Origin: a virus | UHGV virus genome: UHGV-0098755 | Length of the DNA: 64,000 bases | Strand: one strand, 5' to 3' | In this document: piece by piece, positions 15,118 through 25,655 of the stretch | How the letters are laid out: the number at the start of each line of letters is the position of its first letter | How positions within the stretch are numbered: position 1 is the stretch's first letter | Made by a program: the position numbers and the translations under genes | Notes under the pieces: generated by a model | Database searches by the model: none | What the model was told of the DNA's origin: nothing | Seen by the model: the letters and a program-made list of their open reading frames with translations, nothing else

Positions 15118-16248
15118 TTATGGATAGGTATAGATGATACCAGTTTCTAAAGCAGTTTTATGAATGATGTATCCATTACGCGATTCTTGGACATCAACTT
15201 CTGGATAGTCTTTCATCATCTTCTGAAGAGTGTAACGATGCAAGTAGTACTTACTATCTGGATCGTCAGTTTTCCAATCTTTACCTTCTTCGGTCATTTT
15301 TTGGATTTCATCCATAACCCACCAACCGCACCAGATGTAAGCTGAAGTACGATGCGGAAGAGGATGAACATAAGGCAATTCACCTTCTGGTTCCGGAGCA
15401 ACTTTATCAGTTACCTGAACTTGACCTGTTGCTGTAATAGTTTTGCTATCATAATCAGCAGCAGTAACAGTTGCAGTAACTTCAATAGTTTGACTTCCAA
15501 CAGATGAGGTATCAACTGTATATACATTAGTTGACCCTTCTACAGGAGAAGAATCTTTCTTCCATGAATAAGTAATTTGCGCTTCTTCTGGAGCATCAGT
15601 GACATTAGCAGTAAATGTAGCCGAAGCATCTTGTTGAACGTTAATAGAAGGAGGAGTCAATGTAACCTGTGGATTCATTGTCTTCTTATTAACCGTTAAT
15701 GATACTTCATTCGAAGTAACGCTTAGTGCATCATAATCTGTCGCGGTTACTTGAGCTACACATTTAATTCTTTTTACTCCACTTGTAGTTGGAGTATAGC
15801 TAAATGTAGAGTTAGTTTCTCCACCAACCTGTGAATCATCTACATACCACTGATACGTAGCAGATGCTCCATCAGGTTGAGAAGCTAAGGCAGCAGTAAA
15901 TTGAACTGGGGTTCCAATTACTCCAGCTGAAGGACTATCAGGAGTTACTGCCAACGTAGTTGACTGAGTTTTATTTTGAACTGTGATAGTTGTAGTAGCT
16001 TCGGCTGTTTCAGCTTCAGCTTCTGGAACTGTATTTGTTGCAACTACTTTAATAGTCTTTTGACCGGCAGGTCCTTTTAATACATAACTAAAAGTTGCTG
16101 ACGTTTCTTCCTGTTGAGCACCGTCTACAGTCCAAACATATGTAATAGGTCCATCTCCAGTTTGACCACTGGGCGTAGCAGTAAACTGCTCGGTTTCATC
16201 AATAACCCCCGTTGGTGTTTTAGGAGTTATATCAACTGTAAAAGTCAT
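15118..16248 (-). CDS. hoc: highly immunogenic outer capsid protein Hoc (376 aa), Ig-like repeats
   Basis: 376 aa, Thr/Ser/Val-rich repetitive beta-type sequence, synteny. Confidence 0.8.
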   Translation of the reverse strand: MTFTVDITPKTPTGVIDETEQFTATPSGQTGDGPITYVWTVDGAQQEETSATFSYVLKGPAGQKTIKVVATNTVPEAEAETAEATTTITVQNKTQSTTLAVTPDSPSAGVIGTPVQFTAALASQPDGASATYQWYVDDSQVGGETNSTFSYTPTTSGVKRIKCVAQVTATDYDALSVTSNEVSLTVNKKTMNPQVTLTPPSINVQQDASATFTANVTDAPEEAQITYSWKKDSSPVEGSTNVYTVDTSSVGSQTIEVTATVTAADYDSKTITATGQVQVTDKVAPEPEGELPYVHPLPHRTSAYIWCGWWVMDEIQKMTEEGKDWKTDDPDSKYYLHRYTLQKMMKDYPEVDVQESRNGYIIHKTALETGIIYTYP

Positions 16249-16257
16249 AAGTTATCC

Positions 16258-16938
16258 TTATTTTAATGTTACGAAAGAAGAATTGCGTGTTTCACGAATT
16301 AAAACTGATCCGTCACGGTTAATGTAGTAAATTAAGCTAAATAAAGTTTGGTGTGCTGACGCGTGTTCAAAACTAGTTGGGTGAGATTTCCAATCCGGAG
16401 TTTCAGCTATCCATTGATAAATCCACCAAGGAACAGTGCAGAATCCTGGATTTTTTCCAATCAGCTGAAGATTCGGACTAAAGTTTTCCGGAAGAGTAAA
16501 TACAGACGGCTTTTCAGATTCAATAATCTCAGCTACAGCTTGTTCAAATTTTTCTTCAACAAAAGGAGTATCTTCAATCAAAACATCGGTATTTTCGGGA
16601 ATTTTATCCGTTTCTACTACTTCAATTTTAATATCAGATTTAACCGGAGAATCAATCAGAAGTGCTGCTTCTGGATTGACTTCTTCATCGTCATATTTTA
16701 ACCCCTCTGCGGCATCAGCAGCATCAATTAAGTCTTTAATAGATAACCCATCAGTCTCTGGCATAGGTTCACTAGCGAGCTTCTGGAGGGCTTCTTCAAT
16801 ATCAGCAACGATATTATCAAAAGATTTATTCTTTTTGACCTTTATACCAAACTGTTCAGCGTATTCAGCTAATTTAGCTTTAGCTTCTTTGTTATCATCA
16901 AGAGCCTTCAGCTCTGCAATATAATCTTTATCTATCAT
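16258..16938 (-). CDS. inh: probable inhibitor of prohead protease Inh (226 aa)
   Basis: Position next to hoc; acidic protein; identification from synteny and length only. Confidence 0.55.
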   Translation of the reverse strand: MIDKDYIAELKALDDNKEAKAKLAEYAEQFGIKVKKNKSFDNIVADIEEALQKLASEPMPETDGLSIKDLIDAADAAEGLKYDDEEVNPEAALLIDSPVKSDIKIEVVETDKIPENTDVLIEDTPFVEEKFEQAVAEIIESEKPSVFTLPENFSPNLQLIGKNPGFCTVPWWIYQWIAETPDWKSHPTSFEHASAHQTLFSLIYYINRDGSVLIRETRNSSFVTLK

Positions 16939-16951
16939 AATATTTCCTCAG

Positions 16952-16959
16952 TATAAATA
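16952..16959 (+). promoter_or_regulatory. late promoter box TATAAATA upstream of uvsW
   Basis: Exact TATAAATA ~30 nt before the uvsW ATG. Confidence 0.55.
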
Positions 16960-16988
16960 TAGATATATTTATTACATGGTATTTAGAC

Positions 16989-18500
16989 ATGACTGACATT
17001 AAAGTACATTTTTATGATTTTAGTCACGTGAGAATTGATTGTGAAGAAAGTACATTTCATGAACTCCGTGATTTCTTTAGCTTTGAAGCTGATGGGTATC
17101 GTTTTAATCCGAAATACAAATATGGCCACTGGGATGGACGAATTCGTCTTTTAGATTATAATCGTCTTCTTCCATTCGGATTAGTCGGGCAAATTAAAAA
17201 GTTCTGTGATAACTTTGGCTATAAAGCCTGGATTGACCCACAAATTAACGAAAAAGAAGAATTATCAAGAAAAGATTTTGATGAATGGCTTTCTAAATTA
17301 GAAATCTATTCAGGAAATAAAAGAATTGAACCACACTGGTATCAAAAAGATGCAGTGTTCGAAGGATTAGTTAATCGTCGTAGAATTCTTAATCTTCCAA
17401 CATCCGCTGGTAAATCGTTAATTCAAGCTTTGCTTGCGCGATATTATTTGGAAAATTATGAAGGTAAAATTCTTATCATTGTTCCAACAACGGCTCTGAC
17501 AACTCAGATGGCTGATGACTTCGTTGACTATCGTTTATTCAGTCATGCAATGATAAAGAAAATTGGTGGCGGAGCATCAAAAGATGATAAATATAAAAAT
17601 GATGCACCAGTCGTTGTTGGTACATGGCAAACTGTAGTTAAACAACCGAAAGAATGGTTCTCACAGTTTGGAATGATGATGAATGATGAATGCCATCTTG
17701 CTACAGGAAAAAGTATTTCATCTATCATATCAGGATTAAATAACTGTATGTTTAAATTTGGTCTATCAGGTTCATTACGTGATGGCAAAGCCAATATCAT
17801 GCAGTATGTTGGAATGTTTGGTGAAATATTTAAGCCAGTAACGACTTCTAAATTAATGGAAGATGGACAAGTAACTGAGTTAAAAATTAATAGTATTTTT
17901 CTTCGTTATCCCGATGAGTTCACCACTAAATTAAAGGGAAAAACTTACCAAGAAGAAATAAAAATTATTACTGGGCTCAGTAAAAGAAATAAATGGATCG
18001 CTAAATTAGCTATTAAGCTTGCGCAAAAAGATGAAAACGCTTTTGTCATGTTTAAACATGTATCGCATGGTAAAGCTATTTTCGATTTAATTAAAAATGA
18101 ATACGATAAAGTTTATTACGTATCAGGGGAAGTTGATACCGAAACACGCAACGTAATGAAAACCTTAGCTGAAAACGGTAAAGGAATAATTATAGTAGCT
18201 AGTTATGGTGTATTTTCTACTGGTATTTCAGTTAAAAATCTGCATCATGTTGTTTTAGCGCACGGCGTTAAATCAAAAATCATTGTATTACAAACAATCG
18301 GTCGTGTATTACGTAAGCATGGTTCTAAGACAATAGCAACCGTCTGGGACCTCATAGATGACGCGGGCGTAGTTTCTAAATCAAAAACATCTTCTAAAAA
18401 ATACTCGCATTTAAACTATCTTTTAAAACATGGACTTGATCGTATTCAGCGTTATGCTGATGAGAAGTTTAATTATGTGATGAAAGAGGTTAAACTTTGA
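16989..18500 (+). CDS. uvsW: UvsW SF2 DNA helicase (503 aa)
   Basis: Walker A LPTSAGKS and DECH box; N-terminus matches remembered T4 UvsW; late promoter 16952-16959. Confidence 0.9.
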   Translation: MTDIKVHFYDFSHVRIDCEESTFHELRDFFSFEADGYRFNPKYKYGHWDGRIRLLDYNRLLPFGLVGQIKKFCDNFGYKAWIDPQINEKEELSRKDFDEWLSKLEIYSGNKRIEPHWYQKDAVFEGLVNRRRILNLPTSAGKSLIQALLARYYLENYEGKILIIVPTTALTTQMADDFVDYRLFSHAMIKKIGGGASKDDKYKNDAPVVVGTWQTVVKQPKEWFSQFGMMMNDECHLATGKSISSIISGLNNCMFKFGLSGSLRDGKANIMQYVGMFGEIFKPVTTSKLMEDGQVTELKINSIFLRYPDEFTTKLKGKTYQEEIKIITGLSKRNKWIAKLAIKLAQKDENAFVMFKHVSHGKAIFDLIKNEYDKVYYVSGEVDTETRNVMKTLAENGKGIIIVASYGVFSTGISVKNLHHVVLAHGVKSKIIVLQTIGRVLRKHGSKTIATVWDLIDDAGVVSKSKTSSKKYSHLNYLLKHGLDRIQRYADEKFNYVMKEVKL

Positions 18501-19189
18501 ATTATAAATTAATATACGATAATTTAATTAATAGAGCCCAGAATCGGGCTCGCCTTAATGGATACACTGAAACTCATCATATAATTCCTAGATGTATGGG
18601 CGGTACAGATGATAAGTGTAATTTGGTAGAACTAACAGCTGAAGAGCATTTTATAGCTCATAAACTTTTAGCTAAAATTCATCCAAACCATTACGGTATA
18701 ATTAAAGCCGTTATATGTATGGGGATGAATTCAAAGACTCATGAAAGACACGTTAATAAATCTTACGCCTGGGAACGTCGTAAAATGGCAGAACTTCAAT
18801 CAGGTGAAGGTAATCCATTTTACGGAAAACACCATACGGAAGAACATAAACAATATATGTCAAAACTCATGAAAAATCGTCCAATTACGTGGGGAAGTAA
18901 AATTAGTAAAACTAAAAGAATGAACCCAACAAAATGGACTGAAGAAGCTAAAAGATTGCATTCTATCAATCAATCAGGTAAAAATAATGGCATGTATGGA
19001 AGGAAACATTCCGCTAAATCTATTCAGAAAATTAAAGATAACATGCCAGATAATTCAGGAGCTAATAATCCAGCTGCTAAACCTATAGAAGTAAATGGTG
19101 TTAAGTATAAATGCATGAAAGATGCTTCTAAAGCTACTGGATTATCAATGTACAAACTAAGAATACTTAGAAAAACAGTTAATTTATAA
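18497..19189 (+). CDS. HNH homing-type endonuclease with NUMOD3-like repeats and C-terminal HTH (230 aa, TTG start)
   Basis: HNH motif ETHHIIPRCMGG...NLVELTAEEHFIAHK; repeated GxxNPFYGKHHTEEHK / GKNNGMYGRKHSAKS modules; TTG at 18497 overlaps uvsW TGA (TTGA) with AGAGG upstream; first in-frame ATG would remove the HNH motif. Confidence 0.6.
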   Translation: MNYKLIYDNLINRAQNRARLNGYTETHHIIPRCMGGTDDKCNLVELTAEEHFIAHKLLAKIHPNHYGIIKAVICMGMNSKTHERHVNKSYAWERRKMAELQSGEGNPFYGKHHTEEHKQYMSKLMKNRPITWGSKISKTKRMNPTKWTEEAKRLHSINQSGKNNGMYGRKHSAKSIQKIKDNMPDNSGANNPAAKPIEVNGVKYKCMKDASKATGLSMYKLRILRKTVNL

Positions 19190-19203
19190 GGGCTTCGGCC
19201 CTT
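19188..19203 (+). terminator. hairpin with UUCG loop immediately after the HNH-NUMOD gene
   Basis: AAGGGC-TTCG-GCCCTT overlapping the stop codon. Confidence 0.45.
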
Positions 19204-19214
19204 TGGAGAAAAAG

Positions 19215-19445
19215 ATGTTACTAAAATTTAAACAATTTCTTTATGAAGCTTCTATTGATGAATTTATGGGTAAAATTGCCTCTTGTCAAACATTAGAAGG
19301 TTTAGAAGAACTTGAAGCTTATTATAAGAAAAGAGTTAAAGAAACTGAATTAAAAGATACTGATGACATCTCAGTCAGAGATGCTTTGGCAGGAAAAAGA
19401 GCTGAATTAGAAGATTCAGACGATGAAGTAGAAGAAAGCTTTTAA
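19215..19445 (+). CDS. uvsW.1: UvsW.1-like small helical protein (76 aa)
   Basis: ORF-track start 19203 is TTG; ATG at 19215 with GGAG 6 nt upstream gives 76 aa, the size of T4 UvsW.1. Confidence 0.65.
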   Translation: MLLKFKQFLYEASIDEFMGKIASCQTLEGLEELEAYYKKRVKETELKDTDDISVRDALAGKRAELEDSDDEVEESF

Positions 19446-19500
19446 ATTAAAAAAGGCCCAACCAAAAAGGAAGGGCCAAAACTATAGACTAAAGGTCACA

Positions 19501-19668
19501 CTATAGCAAAAGTTGTGTTTCATTTAATTGTTCTTCCGAACTTTCTGAAACTGGTAGTTCTTTAATGTAATTATAGCAAGGCCCAGGATGTACAGGACCT
19601 TTGTCTGTTTCAACAACCAATGCAGAATCGATTGGAGTTTTACAGACAACACAAATCTTATCTGACAT
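19501..19668 (-). CDS. small Cys-rich protein (55 aa), position of T4 uvsY.-2; not in ORF track (below 60 aa)
   Basis: ATG at 19668 preceded by perfect GAGGAG; MSDKICVVCKTPIDSALVVETDKGPVHPGPCYNY...; stop TAG at 19501-19503. Confidence 0.5.
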   Translation of the reverse strand: MSDKICVVCKTPIDSALVVETDKGPVHPGPCYNYIKELPVSESSEEQLNETQLLL

Positions 19669-19696
19669 GATTGTCTCCTCTGAATTATATATCTAT

Positions 19697-19921
19697 TTAT
19701 ACAACTCTCATATGCATATCAATGCCCATATCTTTAGAATAAAAATATTCATCAAGATATCCGGCAAATTTTCCTTTAATATAAAGGACATCTTCACCAC
19801 ACGGGTGATCGGCCAGGATACGAATATCCTGACGCTTAAGATTATACTTTTTCATTAAGAATTGAATTTCCGTTTCAAATTCTTCTTCATAATTAAAAGC
19901 ACCATCAATGCTATATCTCAT
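19697..19921 (-). CDS. hypothetical protein (74 aa), position of T4 uvsY.-1
   Basis: ATG start abutting uvsY stop. Confidence 0.55.
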   Translation of the reverse strand: MRYSIDGAFNYEEEFETEIQFLMKKYNLKRQDIRILADHPCGEDVLYIKGKFAGYLDEYFYSKDMGIDMHMRVV

Positions 19922-20334
19922 TATTTTCCAGCCTCAAATGCCCGCATGTCTTGAATATGCTTAATAGCAAATCCTCGTGATTTGATAGCATCAAGAGCTC
20001 CGCTACAGAAATCTAATAAAATTCCCCAATACTGTAACGAGGTATCAACCTTTAAAACATCCTTATCAGCTGATAGAACTGTCTTCATTTCTGATTTCTC
20101 GTAACGATCCATACTAAATTCATCACCATCTCCTCGTCCCGAGTAGTAGTCTAATCTAGCTTTAAGAGCAACTTTTTTCTGTGCGTCAATTCTAAGCATT
20201 TCCTTTTTAATACTTGAATGCTTATTAAGCCATTTACTATATAACATCACATTATTAGCTGCTTCATACTGTAATTTAGTCGAATCTATAAACACATCTT
20301 TCTTCAATTCTTCTTGAAGATCTTCTAATCTCAT
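19921..20334 (-). CDS. uvsY: recombination mediator UvsY (137 aa)
   Basis: 137 aa; sequence MRLEDLQEELKKDVFIDSTKLQYEAANNVMLYSKWLNK... recognised as UvsY. Confidence 0.85.
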   Translation of the reverse strand: MRLEDLQEELKKDVFIDSTKLQYEAANNVMLYSKWLNKHSSIKKEMLRIDAQKKVALKARLDYYSGRGDGDEFSMDRYEKSEMKTVLSADKDVLKVDTSLQYWGILLDFCSGALDAIKSRGFAIKHIQDMRAFEAGK

Positions 20335-20400
20335 ATTGTTCTCTATTCAATTGTTATTGGATGGACTTAGATTCATTATACCACGTTTTAACGTGAAGCA

Positions 20401-20799
20401 TTATACTCTATTACTGGAAGCCAGTTGCAGTTTTATCTGCTCAATATCATCGGGGTTATCGATGACCGAAAAGCGTATTTCTACTATCAGAGTATAATCA
20501 TCATAAACTGGTATTACATTAACTGATAATTTATCAATACGTGGCTCATAGTTTCTTACTGCGCTTTCGATATTGCGCTCAACTGTGTCAGCAGTAAGAG
20601 GAGTCATATTTTCAAAAAGCTGGTCGGACAAATCACATCCAAATTCAGGGTCAAACGGTCTTGAACCTTTTCTTGTTGTAATAATTCCCAAAAGACTGTT
20701 TTTAATTGACCTTAATCCAAGTGATCTGGAAACATCTTTGTTCCAATCCATTTTCATTTCCGGGTCAATATCAGAATAAAGCTTATTAATATTTGCCAT
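20401..20799 (-). CDS. 25: baseplate wedge protein gp25 (132 aa)
   Basis: 132 aa; synteny 25-26 divergent from 51. Confidence 0.85.
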   Translation of the reverse strand: MANINKLYSDIDPEMKMDWNKDVSRSLGLRSIKNSLLGIITTRKGSRPFDPEFGCDLSDQLFENMTPLTADTVERNIESAVRNYEPRIDKLSVNVIPVYDDYTLIVEIRFSVIDNPDDIEQIKLQLASSNRV

Positions 20800-21425
20800 T
20801 ATAGTAACTCAAAGAACTCTTTGAGGCCTCTTATTACGTGAGCATGGGTTTTTCCACACTCTGGACACTTAATTGGAACAGCCAAATAAACGGTAGGTTT
20901 TAAAAGCATATCTTTTATAGCTACAATATCTGACTCTGTGATGATAGAATATAAATCTTCTAGTTCCTTTTCATTTAAGTCTTCAACTGGAATGCTTTCC
21001 CCGTTAGCATGAATCGTTTCTATGCATGATACTATCATGTGGGCTATATTTTTATCATCAAAAATTTTAGGGTATCGGAATTTAATTTTAATGTCACCCA
21101 GTGTATACCAGAGGTCTTCTGGTGCATCTATTTGTGTATGTAATAGATTTATATGGGTTGGTATTTCAGTTCCACAGGTGCACTTCCAGGAGTTTTCGTG
21201 ATTAACTTCGCCGAGAGAATGTGCCCATAAATGAATCAACAATAGTTCTGATTCTTGGCGGTTTAAATCTTTTGCATTTGTGCAGTCTTTGATTAGCTTT
21301 TTAACAATTACTTCTACAGAACCATTATTTTTGGCAGTAATAAGTTCTAGATATTCTTTAAGCGTGAATGCGCGACAATTGATTATTTTAGAACCAACTC
21401 TCACATCAAATTTGTATTCATACAT
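20799..21425 (-). CDS. 26: baseplate hub protein gp26 (208 aa)
   Basis: 208 aa; synteny. Confidence 0.8.
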   Translation of the reverse strand: MYEYKFDVRVGSKIINCRAFTLKEYLELITAKNNGSVEVIVKKLIKDCTNAKDLNRQESELLLIHLWAHSLGEVNHENSWKCTCGTEIPTHINLLHTQIDAPEDLWYTLGDIKIKFRYPKIFDDKNIAHMIVSCIETIHANGESIPVEDLNEKELEDLYSIITESDIVAIKDMLLKPTVYLAVPIKCPECGKTHAHVIRGLKEFFELL

Positions 21426-21446
21426 ATTTAGCTCCTTTATTTATCA

Positions 21447-21458
21447 TATTTATAAATA
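21447..21458. promoter_or_regulatory. overlapping divergent late promoter boxes (TATAAATA on both strands) between genes 26 and 51
   Basis: Sequence CATATTTATAAATAG reads TATAAATA on + (21451-21458) and on - (21454-21447). Confidence 0.55.
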
Positions 21459-21475
21459 GAATAAAAGGAGCATCT

Positions 21476-22225
21476 ATGGCAAACATTATTCGTTGTAAAT
21501 TACCAGATGGTGTTCATCGTTTTAAACCATTTACGGTAGAAGATTATCGAGATTTTTTGTTAGTTCGAAACGATATAGAACATCGGTCACCACAAGAACA
21601 AAAAGAAATAATTACTGATTTAATTGATGATTATTTTGGAGACTATCCGAAGACTTGGCAACCATTTATATTTTTGCAGGTATTTGTAGGGTCGATAGGT
21701 AAAACTAAAGTACCAGTCACATTCGTATGTCCAAAATGTAAAAAAGAAAAGACAGTTCCATTTGAAATATATCAAAAAGAATTAAAGGAACCTGTTTTTG
21801 ATGTAGCTAATGTTAAAATTAAATTAAAGTTTCCTTCTGAGTTTTATGAAAATAAAGCAAAGATGATTACTGAAAATATTCATTCTGTTCAAGTAGATGA
21901 AATATGGTATGATTGGAAGGAAATTAGCGAGTCCAGTCAAATAGAACTTGTTGACGCCATCGAGATAGAAACATTAGAAAAAATTCTCGATGCAATGAAT
22001 CCTATTAATTTAACTCTACATATGTCATGCTGTAATAAGTACATTAAAAAATACACTGATATAGTAGACGTGTTTAAGCTATTAGTTAACCCAGATGAGA
22101 TATTTACTTTTTATCAAATTAATCACACACTCGTAAAAAGTAATTATAGCTTAAATTCAATAATGAAAATGATTCCTGCTGAGCGCGGATTCGTATTAAA
22201 ACTGATTGAGAAGGATAAACAATAA
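21476..22225 (+). CDS. 51: baseplate hub assembly protein gp51 (249 aa)
   Basis: 249 aa; AGGAG RBS; late promoter 21451-21458. Confidence 0.8.
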   Translation: MANIIRCKLPDGVHRFKPFTVEDYRDFLLVRNDIEHRSPQEQKEIITDLIDDYFGDYPKTWQPFIFLQVFVGSIGKTKVPVTFVCPKCKKEKTVPFEIYQKELKEPVFDVANVKIKLKFPSEFYENKAKMITENIHSVQVDEIWYDWKEISESSQIELVDAIEIETLEKILDAMNPINLTLHMSCCNKYIKKYTDIVDVFKLLVNPDEIFTFYQINHTLVKSNYSLNSIMKMIPAERGFVLKLIEKDKQ

Positions 22226-23400
22226 TGAGTATGTTGCAACGCCCCGGATATCCAAATCTCAGCGTTAAATTATTTGATAGCTACGACGCTTGGAGTAATA
22301 ATAGATTTGTTGAATTAGCTGCTACTATTACCACATTAACTATGCGGGATTCTCTTTATGGCCGAAATGAAGGAATGCTGCAGTTTTATGATTCTAAAAA
22401 CATCCATACAAAAATGGATGGAAATGAAATAATTCAGATTTCTGTAGCTAATGCAAATGATATTAATAATGTTAAAACACGAATTTATGGATGTAAGCAT
22501 TTTTCCGTGTCAGTAGATTCAAAAGGTGATAACATCATTGCTATTGAATTGGGAACTATTCATTCTATAGAAAATCTTAAATTTGGTAGACCATTTTTCC
22601 CTGATGCAGGTGAATCTATAAAAGAAATGCTTGGTGTCATTTATCAGGATCGCACATTATTAACTCCAGCAATAAATGCTATAAATGCTTATGTTCCTGA
22701 TATTCCATGGACTAGCACATTTGAAAACTATTTGTCATATGTAAGAGAAGTTGGTCTAGCTGTAGGAAGCGACAAATTTGTATTTGTATGGCAAGACATC
22801 ATGGGAGTTAACATGATGGACTATGATATGATGATAAATCAAGAACCATATCCAATGATTGTCGGTGAGCCATCTTTAATAGGTCAATTCATCCAAGAAT
22901 TAAAATATCCATTAGCATATGATTTCGTTTGGTTGACTAAATCGAATCCTCACAAACGTGACCCAATGAAAAATGCTACTATCTATGCTCATTCATTTTT
23001 AGATTCTTCATTGCCAATGATTACTACAGGAAAGGGCGAAAACTCTATTGTAGTGTCAAGGTCAGGTGCTTATTCTGAAATGACTTATAGGAATGGATAT
23101 GAAGAAGCTATTCGTCTTCAAACTATGGCACAATATGACGGCTATGCTAAATGTTCTACTGTCGGTAATTTTAACTTGACTCCTGGTGTTAAAATTATTT
23201 TTAATGATAGTAAAAACCAATTTAAAACAGAATTTTACGTTGATGAAGTTATCCATGAATTATCCAATAATAATTCAGTAACTCATCTATATATGTTCAC
23301 TAATGCAACGAAACTGGAAACAATAGACCCAGTTAAGGTTAAAAATGAATTTAAATCTGATACTACCACTGAAGAAAGTAGTTCTTCCAATAAGCAATAA
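22225..23400 (+). CDS. 27: baseplate hub protein gp27 (391 aa)
   Basis: 391 aa; synteny. Confidence 0.85.
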   Translation: MSMLQRPGYPNLSVKLFDSYDAWSNNRFVELAATITTLTMRDSLYGRNEGMLQFYDSKNIHTKMDGNEIIQISVANANDINNVKTRIYGCKHFSVSVDSKGDNIIAIELGTIHSIENLKFGRPFFPDAGESIKEMLGVIYQDRTLLTPAINAINAYVPDIPWTSTFENYLSYVREVGLAVGSDKFVFVWQDIMGVNMMDYDMMINQEPYPMIVGEPSLIGQFIQELKYPLAYDFVWLTKSNPHKRDPMKNATIYAHSFLDSSLPMITTGKGENSIVVSRSGAYSEMTYRNGYEEAIRLQTMAQYDGYAKCSTVGNFNLTPGVKIIFNDSKNQFKTEFYVDEVIHELSNNNSVTHLYMFTNATKLETIDPVKVKNEFKSDTTTEESSSSNKQ

Positions 23401-23878
23401 AGAAGTTTCTATTCCTAAAATGGGTCTTAAACATTATAACATTTTAAAGGATGTTAAAGGTCCTGATGAAAATTTAAAACTTCTTATTGATTCTATTTGT
23501 CCGAATTTATCACCGGCAGAAGTTGATTTCGTTTCTATTCATTTATTGGAATTTAATGGAAAGATTAAATCTCGTAAAGAAATAGATGGCTATACTTATG
23601 ACATTAATGATGTCTATGTATGCCAAAGATTAGAATTTCAATACCAAGGAAATACATTTTATTTTAGACCTCCTGGAAAATTTGAACAATTTTTAACGGT
23701 GAGCGATATGTTATCTAAATGCTTGCTTAAGGTCAATGATGAAGTTAAAGAAATTAATTTTCTTGAGATGCCAGCATTCGTTTTAAAATGGGCAAATGAT
23801 ATTTTTACAACTTTAGCAATTCCTGGCCCTAATGGTCCAATAACCGGAATTGGCAATATTATTGGATTATTTGAATGA
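23345..23878 (+). CDS. 28: baseplate hub distal subunit gp28 (177 aa)
   Basis: 177 aa; overlaps gene 27 3' end. Confidence 0.8.
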   Translation: MNLNLILPLKKVVLPISNKEVSIPKMGLKHYNILKDVKGPDENLKLLIDSICPNLSPAEVDFVSIHLLEFNGKIKSRKEIDGYTYDINDVYVCQRLEFQYQGNTFYFRPPGKFEQFLTVSDMLSKCLLKVNDEVKEINFLEMPAFVLKWANDIFTTLAIPGPNGPITGIGNIIGLFE

Positions 23879-25647
23879 AAAAGCCACAAGAAATGCAAAC
23901 GATGCGTAGAAAAGTTATTTCAGATAATAAACCAACACAGGAAGCGGCTAAATCCGCTTCTAACACTTTATCTGGACTTAACGATATATCTACGAAATTG
24001 GATGATGCTCAAGCTGCTTCTGAATTAATTGCTCAAACTGTCGAAGAAAAATCGAATGAAATAATTGGAGCAATTGACAATGTAGAAAGCGCAGTGAGTG
24101 ATACTACTGCTGGTTCTGAGTTAATTGCTGAAACTGTCGAAATTGGCAATAATATCAATAAAGAAATAGGCGAATCACTCGGAAGCAAATTAGATAAATT
24201 AACGAGTTTATTAGAACAAAAAATTCAGACAGCTGGAATTCAACAGACTGGGACTAGTTTAGCCACAGTTGAAAGCGCTATTCCTGTTAAAGTCGTTGAG
24301 GATGATACTGCTGAATCTGTGGGTCCTTTATTACCGGCTCCCGAAGCAGTTAATAATGATCCTGACGCTGATTTTTTCCCTACCCCTCAGCCAGTTGAAC
24401 CTAAACAAGAATCGCCAGAAGAAAAACAGAAAAAAGACGCATTTAACTTAAAATTATCTCAAGCTTTAGATAAATTAACAAAGACTGTTGATTTCGGATT
24501 TAAGAAATCTATTTCAATTACTGATAAAATATCAAGCATGTTATTTAAGTATACCGTCAGTGCTGCTATTGAAGCCGCTAAAATGACTGCAATGATATTG
24601 GCTGTTGTTGTTGGAATAGATCTGCTGATGGTTCATTTCAAATATTGGTCAGATAAATTTTCGCAGGCTTGGGATTTGTTTAGTTCAAACTTTACTAAAT
24701 TCTCTAGCGAAACTGGAACATGGGGTCCTTTATTACAGAGCATCTTTAGTTCTATTGATGAAATTAAAAAATTCTGGGAAGAGGGAGATTGGGGCGGTTT
24801 GACGGTAGCTATTGTAGAAGGGCTTGGAAAGGTTCTTTATAATTTAGGAGAACTTATTCAGCTTGGAATGGCTAAATTATCTGCTGCAATTCTTCGAGTC
24901 ATTCCTGGTATGAAGGATACTGCTGATGAAGTAGAAGGAAGAGCACTAGAAAATTTCCAAAATTCTACTGGAGCATCTCTCAATAAAGAAGACCAGGAAA
25001 AAGTTGCAAATTATCAAGATAAACGAATGAACGGAGACCTTGGTCCGATAGCAAAAGGATTAGATAAAATTGCTAATTGGAAAACTCGTGCATCTAACTG
25101 GATTCGTGGCGTTGATAATAAAGAAGCACTAACTACCGACGAAGAACGCGCAGCAGAAGAAGAAAAATTAAAGCAACTTTCACCAGAAGAAAGAAAAAAT
25201 GCTTTAATGAAGGCTAATGAAGCCCGGGCCGCGATGATTCGTTTTGAAAAATATGCTGATTCAGCTGATATGAGTAAAGACTCAACGGTTAAATCAGTTG
25301 AAGCTGCCTATGAAGACCTTAAAAAACGGATGGATGATCCGGATTTAAATAATTCACCGGCAGTTAAAAAAGAACTTGCTGCTAGATTTTCTAAAATTGA
25401 TGCTACTTATCAAGAGCTCAAGAAAAATCAGCCTAATGCCAAACCTGAAACTTCTGCTAAATCGCCAGAAGCAAAACAAGTCCAGGTAATAGAAAAGAAC
25501 AAAGCACAGCAAGCTCCTGTTCAACAAGCATCTCCTTCGATCAATAATACTAATAATGTTATTAAGAAAAATACTGTCGTTCATAATATGACACCCGTAA
25601 CGAGCACGACTGCTCCTGGTGTATTTGATGCGACTGGAGTTAATTAA
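23875..25647 (+). CDS. 29: baseplate hub / tail length determinator gp29 (590 aa)
   Basis: 590 aa; helical low-complexity regions and internal TM-like segment. Confidence 0.85.
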   Translation: MKKPQEMQTMRRKVISDNKPTQEAAKSASNTLSGLNDISTKLDDAQAASELIAQTVEEKSNEIIGAIDNVESAVSDTTAGSELIAETVEIGNNINKEIGESLGSKLDKLTSLLEQKIQTAGIQQTGTSLATVESAIPVKVVEDDTAESVGPLLPAPEAVNNDPDADFFPTPQPVEPKQESPEEKQKKDAFNLKLSQALDKLTKTVDFGFKKSISITDKISSMLFKYTVSAAIEAAKMTAMILAVVVGIDLLMVHFKYWSDKFSQAWDLFSSNFTKFSSETGTWGPLLQSIFSSIDEIKKFWEEGDWGGLTVAIVEGLGKVLYNLGELIQLGMAKLSAAILRVIPGMKDTADEVEGRALENFQNSTGASLNKEDQEKVANYQDKRMNGDLGPIAKGLDKIANWKTRASNWIRGVDNKEALTTDEERAAEEEKLKQLSPEERKNALMKANEARAAMIRFEKYADSADMSKDSTVKSVEAAYEDLKKRMDDPDLNNSPAVKKELAARFSKIDATYQELKKNQPNAKPETSAKSPEAKQVQVIEKNKAQQAPVQQASPSINNTNNVIKKNTVVHNMTPVTSTTAPGVFDATGVN

Positions 25648-25655
25648 GGAATAAT

